Origin: Candidatus Abzuiibacterium crystallinum
Lineage (GTDB): Bacteria > Omnitrophota > Omnitrophia > Omnitrophales > Abzuiibacteriaceae
NCBI GenBank assembly: GCA_002787155.1
Contig: PCVY01000065.1
Coordinates: 1,286 to 65,285 of the forward strand
DNA: 64,000 bases
Direction of reading: 5' to 3'
This document shows positions 56,938 to 64,000 of the stretch, piece by piece. A program made the position numbers and the translations under genes. The notes beneath the pieces were generated by a model. That model made no database searches and was not told the DNA's origin. It saw nothing but the letters and a program-made list of their open reading frames with translations. Numbering within the stretch: position 1 is the stretch's first letter; every line of letters starts with the position of its first letter.

Positions 56938-58350
56938 ATGAAAACACCTTTTAAGACACCTTTTATCATTGTTTGCATTTTAGCGGCTGTGGCTGCGTGG
57001 TGCGCTCATCTCCAATTTGACACCAAACAAATCATCAGCACCTCTATTTTTCTTCTTATCATTTGCGGTACTCTTTTCTATTGGCGCTTCCGTTTGGCAT
57101 TTGCATTCAGCGGCATTGCTGTTTTATTGGGTGCCGGTCTTCTGGATATTCCGCACGTCATTGAATTTGCAGGACTTGATATTATTCTTTTCTTGGTCGG
57201 CATGATGACAATCGTCGGTTTTCTGGAAGAAAGTCATTTCTTTGAGTATTTGGTTGCCAAAGTCGTGGATAACGTGGGTGAACGGCCCTATTTATTGATG
57301 ACCGTCTTAATGGTTATGTCGTCCATCTTTGCCGCTTTGGTGGATGAAGTCACTTCTATTTTGTTTATGATGTCTACTATTTTCCACATCACAAAGCGTT
57401 ACAAAGTAAACCCCATTCCTTTTATTTTAATGGTTGTTTTTGCGACTAACATCGGCAGCAGCGCCACGGCAGTCGGCAACCCGATTGGCGTCATGATCGC
57501 GCTTCGCGCCCAATTGTCTTTTTTGGACTTTTTACGCTGGGCATCTCCCGTCTCCCTTGTTTGTTTAATGATTACCATTCCTGTTTGCTTTTTCTTATTT
57601 AATAAGGAAATGGGTGAATTAAAAGAAAAAATGAGGAAGAGAGGCAATGAGCCTCATGAACTTCGTCACGTTGCATATACCAAATCAGGCATTCAAGTCT
57701 GCTGGGCGCTTTTTGGTGCCACGGTGGTTTGTTTGGTCATGCATCACCCAATAGAACATTTGCTTCATTTGGAGAAAAATACCCTTTTGATTGGTACGGC
57801 TCTTTTCTTCGCATCCATTGCCATTGTGATGAAAGCCGGTGAAGCGCGCGACTTTTTCATGCGGCGCGTCGATTGGTGGACACTCACCTTCTTTATGGCC
57901 CTTTTTGCATCCGTCGGCACTTTAAAATATGTGGGTGTGACAGAACGAATTGCCGAGATGATGATTGCAACTTCTCAATCCGGCGGACACACCATGCTGT
58001 TGAATATCTTTACAGCTGCCATTTGTTTATTAACAGGCTTTATGGATAACGTGCTCGCAGTAGCTACCTTTATCCCTATTCTTTCGGACATTGAGAAAGC
58101 TGGCGTCTACATTTTTCCCTTTTGGTGGGCCATGTTATTCGGCGGCACCATGTATGGCAACTTAACTGTCATTGGCTCAACAGCTAATATTGTCGCCATG
58201 GGTATGCTTGAAAAAGAATCAAACGAACACATCACTTTTATGCGTTGGTTAAAACCAGGATTTGTGGTTGCCACATTGACGATTGTGGTGGCCATGGCGA
58301 TTCTCTATATGCAATTTCCGCTGATGCCCGGTCATCCGGAGCATTTTTAA
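56938..58350 (+). CDS. ArsB/NhaD/SLC13 (IT superfamily) ion transporter
   Basis: ATNIGSSATAVGNP, VDWWTLTFF..LF, MDNV, GNLTVIGSTANIVA. Confidence 0.85.
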   Translation: MKTPFKTPFIIVCILAAVAAWCAHLQFDTKQIISTSIFLLIICGTLFYWRFRLAFAFSGIAVLLGAGLLDIPHVIEFAGLDIILFLVGMMTIVGFLEESHFFEYLVAKVVDNVGERPYLLMTVLMVMSSIFAALVDEVTSILFMMSTIFHITKRYKVNPIPFILMVVFATNIGSSATAVGNPIGVMIALRAQLSFLDFLRWASPVSLVCLMITIPVCFFLFNKEMGELKEKMRKRGNEPHELRHVAYTKSGIQVCWALFGATVVCLVMHHPIEHLLHLEKNTLLIGTALFFASIAIVMKAGEARDFFMRRVDWWTLTFFMALFASVGTLKYVGVTERIAEMMIATSQSGGHTMLLNIFTAAICLLTGFMDNVLAVATFIPILSDIEKAGVYIFPFWWAMLFGGTMYGNLTVIGSTANIVAMGMLEKESNEHITFMRWLKPGFVVATLTIVVAMAILYMQFPLMPGHPEHF

Positions 58351-58483
58351 GCACTGTTCAGCATTTTTCTACTTTCTTTTTTACCCCTTTTTCATTATAA
58401 TAAATAATCTTTTTAAGGGTAACGAAACAAGCATGGTTCCCTTGATGCTCATACCCGGACTGATTCGAAACTAACCCTGTTCC

Positions 58484-58741
58484 ATGACAATGAAAAATAA
58501 CCAAAGTCGGGATGAGAATCCGCTGCATGGACTTCGCCATATTGGCATATTAACATCCATTCCTATGGTTATGGTGGCAGGTTTAGCAGTCGGTTATTAT
58601 GCTGGGGCTTGGTTGGATCGTTTGCTTGGTTCGGATCCTTGGGGGAAAATGACAGTTAGTATTTTAGGGGTAGCAGCAGGCATCAAACAAAGTATCCGCC
58701 TCATTCGTGAGTCGGCAAAAGATAACGACGCAACCGATTAA
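58484..58741 (+). CDS. AtpZ/AtpI family (ATPase gene 1) protein
   Basis: GYYAGAWLDRLLGSDPWG; first gene of the atp operon. Confidence 0.8.
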   Translation: MTMKNNQSRDENPLHGLRHIGILTSIPMVMVAGLAVGYYAGAWLDRLLGSDPWGKMTVSILGVAAGIKQSIRLIRESAKDNDATD

Positions 58742-58747
58742 GTCCCT

Positions 58748-59614
58748 ATGATAAAATTTGCTTACGCAGCCTCAGAACATGCTGCAGAAACTGTTCACGA
58801 AACTGCCCATTTGGCAAGTGAGCACGCTGCTCAAACCGAACATGCCGTTAAACACTTAGCCAATTTTCTCACACCTATTATTGAAAAACTGCACGGAACC
58901 CCTTTGGGAGATTTTCTTCACCGCTGGGAAACAGTCATTTTTTCATGGCTTGCTGCAATTGTCATTTCGATTATATTTACCCTTGGTTCGCGAAAACAGA
59001 CTTTAATTCCTGAAGGTTTTCAAAATTTCATCGAGACCATTGTAGAGGCGATGGAAAATATGGTGACCGGCATTATCGGCTCCAAAGGACGTGCTTACGT
59101 ACCTTTCATTGGCACCTTGTTTATTTATATTTTTGTTCAGAATTGGCTGGGTTTGGTACCGGGCATGATGTCACCCACGACAAACATTAATACCACCGCA
59201 GGATTGGCTATCTGCGTCTTCTTTTACGTCCAGTTTATTGGGTTGCGGGAAAACGGGCTCAAAGGTTATCTGCTCCATTTGATGGGCAGCCCCAATGATG
59301 CCATTGGCTGGTGCATGGTCCCTCTAAACTTACCGCTCCATATTTTAGAAGAATTTATACGCCCCCTGAGTTTGGCGCTTCGTTTATTCGGCAATATTTT
59401 TGGGGAAGAAACACTCATTGCCGTTTTTGCCGGTTTCGGTATTTTAGCGCTTTCATTTTTCCATAGCCCGGTGGGCTTGCCCTTACAGGTGCCTTTTATG
59501 ATGCTTTCTATGTTGTTAGGCACCATTCAAGCGCTGGTATTTGCCCTTTTAAGCACGATTTACATTGCTTTGATGTTGCCGCATGATCACGAAGAAACTC
59601 ATGCGCATACGTGA
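58748..59614 (+). CDS. atpB: ATP synthase F0 subunit a
   Basis: FQNFIE, RPLSLALRLFGNI, IQALVFALL; His-rich N-terminus. Confidence 0.95.
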   Translation: MIKFAYAASEHAAETVHETAHLASEHAAQTEHAVKHLANFLTPIIEKLHGTPLGDFLHRWETVIFSWLAAIVISIIFTLGSRKQTLIPEGFQNFIETIVEAMENMVTGIIGSKGRAYVPFIGTLFIYIFVQNWLGLVPGMMSPTTNINTTAGLAICVFFYVQFIGLRENGLKGYLLHLMGSPNDAIGWCMVPLNLPLHILEEFIRPLSLALRLFGNIFGEETLIAVFAGFGILALSFFHSPVGLPLQVPFMMLSMLLGTIQALVFALLSTIYIALMLPHDHEETHAHT

Positions 59615-59624
59615 GAAATAAAAA

Positions 59625-59702
59625 AATAAGAGGAGAGAGTAGAAAGTAGAGAGATAATCGCTGCGGTGTTTTTCTCCCTACCCTCTTCTCTCTACTTGCT
59701 AC
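59625..59702. repeat. 7-mer inverted-arm cassette between atpB and atpE
   Basis: GGAGAGA GTAGAAA GTAGAGA ... TCCCTAC CCTCTTC TCTCTAC TTGCTAC. Confidence 0.6.
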
Positions 59703-59724
59703 TATAACTAAAACGGAGGTTAAA

Positions 59725-59952
59725 ATGAGCTTAGGTTTATCTTGGACATTACCAATCGCAGTATCCATTGCTGCATTTGGTTGCGCACTTGGTTTAGCAA
59801 AAGCAGTCTCGGCTGCGATGGAAGCCATGGGCAGACAACCGGAAGCAGCCAACAAAATTCAAACCGGCATGATCATCGGCTGTGCTTTTATCGAAGCGTT
59901 AACGATTTATGCCCTTTTGGTTGTCTTTATTTTGCAAGGCAAGCTTGCTTAA
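59725..59952 (+). CDS. atpE: ATP synthase F0 subunit c (H+-type motif)
   Basis: RQPEA, FIEALTIY (no EST Na+ signature). Confidence 0.95.
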   Translation: MSLGLSWTLPIAVSIAAFGCALGLAKAVSAAMEAMGRQPEAANKIQTGMIIGCAFIEALTIYALLVVFILQGKLA

Positions 59953-59969
59953 TTAGCTAGCAGATTCCT

Positions 59970-60473
59970 ATGGATGTCTCGATTCAGGAAATCTTAACAC
60001 AAGCATTCGGATTTGCGGTTCTCTTCTGGATTATGAAGAAATACGCCTGGAAACCCATTTTAGATCTTTTGGAATCCCGGCGGACGAAGATTTCATCTAG
60101 TTTCGAAGAGATTGACAAAACCAAAAAAGAGCTTGAAACACTTCAAAATAATTATACGGCCCGCCTGGCGCATATCGAAGAAGAGTCTCGCGTCAAAATT
60201 CAAGCAGCGATTCAAGACGGCAAGCAAATGGCTCGTGAAATTCAAGAGCAAGCCCGCACCCAGGCCAAAGACATTTTGGACAAGGCCAAGCAAGATATTG
60301 AATTAGAGGCCGATAAAGCGCGTGTGACGCTCCGAAAAGAAATTGTTGACCTTGTGTTTGCCGCCACGGAGAAAGTCGTGCATGAAAAACTTTCCGGCCA
60401 GAAAGATGAAGAAACCATTATTAAATTTGTCAAAGAACTTGAAGCCTCTCAAGAACCGCTGATGGACTCATGA
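59970..60473 (+). CDS. atpF: ATP synthase F0 subunit b
   Basis: N-terminal TM, WKPI..LLE.R, coiled coil. Confidence 0.92.
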   Translation: MDVSIQEILTQAFGFAVLFWIMKKYAWKPILDLLESRRTKISSSFEEIDKTKKELETLQNNYTARLAHIEEESRVKIQAAIQDGKQMAREIQEQARTQAKDILDKAKQDIELEADKARVTLRKEIVDLVFAATEKVVHEKLSGQKDEETIIKFVKELEASQEPLMDS

Positions 60474-61015
60474 AAAATCGTGCCCTATCGATGCGCTATG
60501 CCAAAGCGCTCTTCGAGTTAGCGGAAAAACAAAAACTCGAAATCAATGTTGAGAATGATTTGCGTACTTTTTTGACAGCAGTCAAAAAAGATAAGGCTGA
60601 CGTCTTTTTTGAAAGCCCCCTCTTGACGCAGGACGAGAAAAAGGTCATTCTTCAGAAACTTCTGAAAGGCCGGACGTCTACTTTGATCATGAATTTTTTG
60701 TTCTTGCTGACCGCTAGTAAAAGATTTAATTTGCTTGGTTCCATTGCAGATGCTTATCACGAACTTTTAAATCAAAGCCGTCATTTTGAGGAAATTGTCA
60801 TCACAACGGCAAGGCCGCTGAAACCGGCTTTGCGAGAGTCATTAGAAAAAATGATTGCTAAAAAATTAGGGGAAAAGGTAATCTCACAATCGAAAGTCAA
60901 CCCTTCCCTTTTAGGGGGTATTTCCATACAAATCCGTAATCGATTGTTCGACGGTTCTTTGCGGACCCAGTTAAATTTATTAAAAAAACAAATGATAGGA
61001 TTAGCAACCGATTGA
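60470..61015 (+). CDS. atpH: ATP synthase F1 subunit delta
   Basis: RYAKALF, LLGGI...DGSL. Confidence 0.92.
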   Translation: MKNRALSMRYAKALFELAEKQKLEINVENDLRTFLTAVKKDKADVFFESPLLTQDEKKVILQKLLKGRTSTLIMNFLFLLTASKRFNLLGSIADAYHELLNQSRHFEEIVITTARPLKPALRESLEKMIAKKLGEKVISQSKVNPSLLGGISIQIRNRLFDGSLRTQLNLLKKQMIGLATD

Positions 61016-61030
61016 AGAGGTTATGACATT

Positions 61031-62541
61031 ATGCTGAAACCGGAAGAAGTCACATTTGCCATTAAAAAAGAAATTGAGAAATATGAATCCAAACTCAAAA
61101 TGGATTCGGTGGGTTATGTGCTGCAAGTCGGCGACGGGATTGCGCGCGTGTACGGTTTGGATGATGTGATGGCAAGTGAATTGGTTGAATTTGCGGATGG
61201 AACCACCGGTTTGGCGCTTAATCTTGAAACTAATAATGTCGGTGTCGTGATTTTAGGATCTGACCGCCAAATTAAGGAAGGCGGCCAGGTAAAACGCACG
61301 GGTAAAATTGCACAAGTACCGGCGGGAAAAGCTTTGGTGGGCCGTGTGGTAAACCCCATCGGAGAACCGCTTGACGGCAAAGGCCCGATTGTTTCTGACA
61401 TCATCCGCCCAATTGAATTTGCGCCGCCCAATGTCATTGAACGCCAGCCCGTTAAAGAACCGCTCGAGACGGGCATTAAAGCCATTGATGCCATGATTCC
61501 CATCGGCCGCGGGCAACGAGAGTTGATTATTGGCGACCGGCAAACCGGTAAAACGGCTATTGCAATTGACACCATCATCAACCAAAAAGGTAAAGGCGTT
61601 TATTGTTTTTACGTGGCCATCGGTCAAAAAATGTCCAGTGTTGTGAGCATGGTAGATGTCTTGGAAAAACATGGTGCTATGGAATATACCACGGTTGTGG
61701 TCGCTGCCTCAGAAGACCCGGCTCCTTTGCAATACTTGGCACCTTATGCCGGTTGCGCTATGGGTGAAGCTTGGCTTTATAACGGCGGTCATGCGCTTTG
61801 TATTTATGACGATTTGTCTAAACATGCGCAAGCTTACAGGCAATTGTCTCTTTTGCTGCAACGCCCGCCAGGACGTGAAGCGTATCCGGGAGATGTCTTT
61901 TATTTACATTCCAGATTATTAGAACGTGCTTCTAAATTGCACGAATCCAAAGGCGGGGGTTCGTTAACAGCGCTTCCTATCATCGAAACGCAAGCCGGTG
62001 ACGTTTCTGCTTACATTCCCACCAATGTCATCTCGATTACAGACGGTCAAATTTATTTAGAACCAGATCTTTTCTTTGCCGGTGTCAGACCCGCCATCAA
62101 CGTCGGATTGTCTGTTTCGCGTGTCGGCGGCAACGCTCAAACCAAAGCCATGAAACAAGTGGCCGGCATGCTGCGGCTTGGATTAGCTCAATACCGTGAA
62201 TTAGCTGCTTTTTCTCAATTATCGGCTGATTTGGATAAGTCTACCCAACAACAATTGAAACACGGCGAGAAAATGGTGGAACTCCTGAAACAAGACATCC
62301 TCTCCCCTGTCTCACTTGCCCACCAGGTGGCGTCCATTTTTTCCGGTACGCAACATTACTTAGATGATCTGAAAAATGATCAGGTAGGATCATTTATAGC
62401 AGGTTTGCTTGAATTCATCGATCAAAAATATTCAAACATCCTGCACAAGATCTTGAGTGAGAAGAAAATAAGCGACGAAATAGAGCAAAACCTTCATCAA
62501 GCCATCAAAGCTTACAAAGCAGAATTTACAAAGAATAAAGT

Positions 62542-62545
<4 letters not shown>
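61031..62545 (+). CDS. atpA: ATP synthase F1 subunit alpha
   Basis: [39 protein letters not shown]. Confidence 0.98.

Positions 62546-64000
<1,455 letters not shown>

Overview
This is a gene-dense bacterial chromosomal window (standard code; no rRNA, tRNA or CRISPR seen). The gene mix (many pilins, Npt/TLC-like transporter, TIGR04073-like protein, 11-subunit complex I) suggests Ca. Omnitrophota/PVC, but that is an inference. From left to right it contains: queG and nth; an operon of POTRA-less Omp85 barrel, exported kinase-fold protein, Npt/TLC-like transporter, DUF5329 lipoprotein and EEP phosphatase; a RAYT between REP palindromes; polX; a Zn-dehydrogenase; an AT-rich cassette with a pilin and two GT-C glycosyltransferases; a type IV pilus/T2SS assembly operon (pilMN fusion, pilO, pilP-like, secretin, double-MshEN ATPase, pilC); glmS; a GH144; a TPR-MerR-fliA-flgM-like cluster; accA; an L,D-transpeptidase; comM; a peroxiredoxin; nuoABCD-I-H-JKLMN without nuoEFG; a Cys-rich minor pilin cluster; an ion transporter; and the F-ATPase operon (cut off in atpD). 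Four non-obvious signals stand out. (1) Six intergenic cassettes have inverted arms built of 3-5 tandem 7-mers: one encloses an intact four-helix-bundle gene, one a deleted remnant, and four are empty. (2) The kinase/ATP-translocase/Omp85 operon looks like an extracytoplasmic phosphorylation system. (3) Four sigma28-type promoters link FliA/FlgM to pili and to that operon. (4) REP palindromes supply gene stop codons and bracket the pilin glycosylation cassette.
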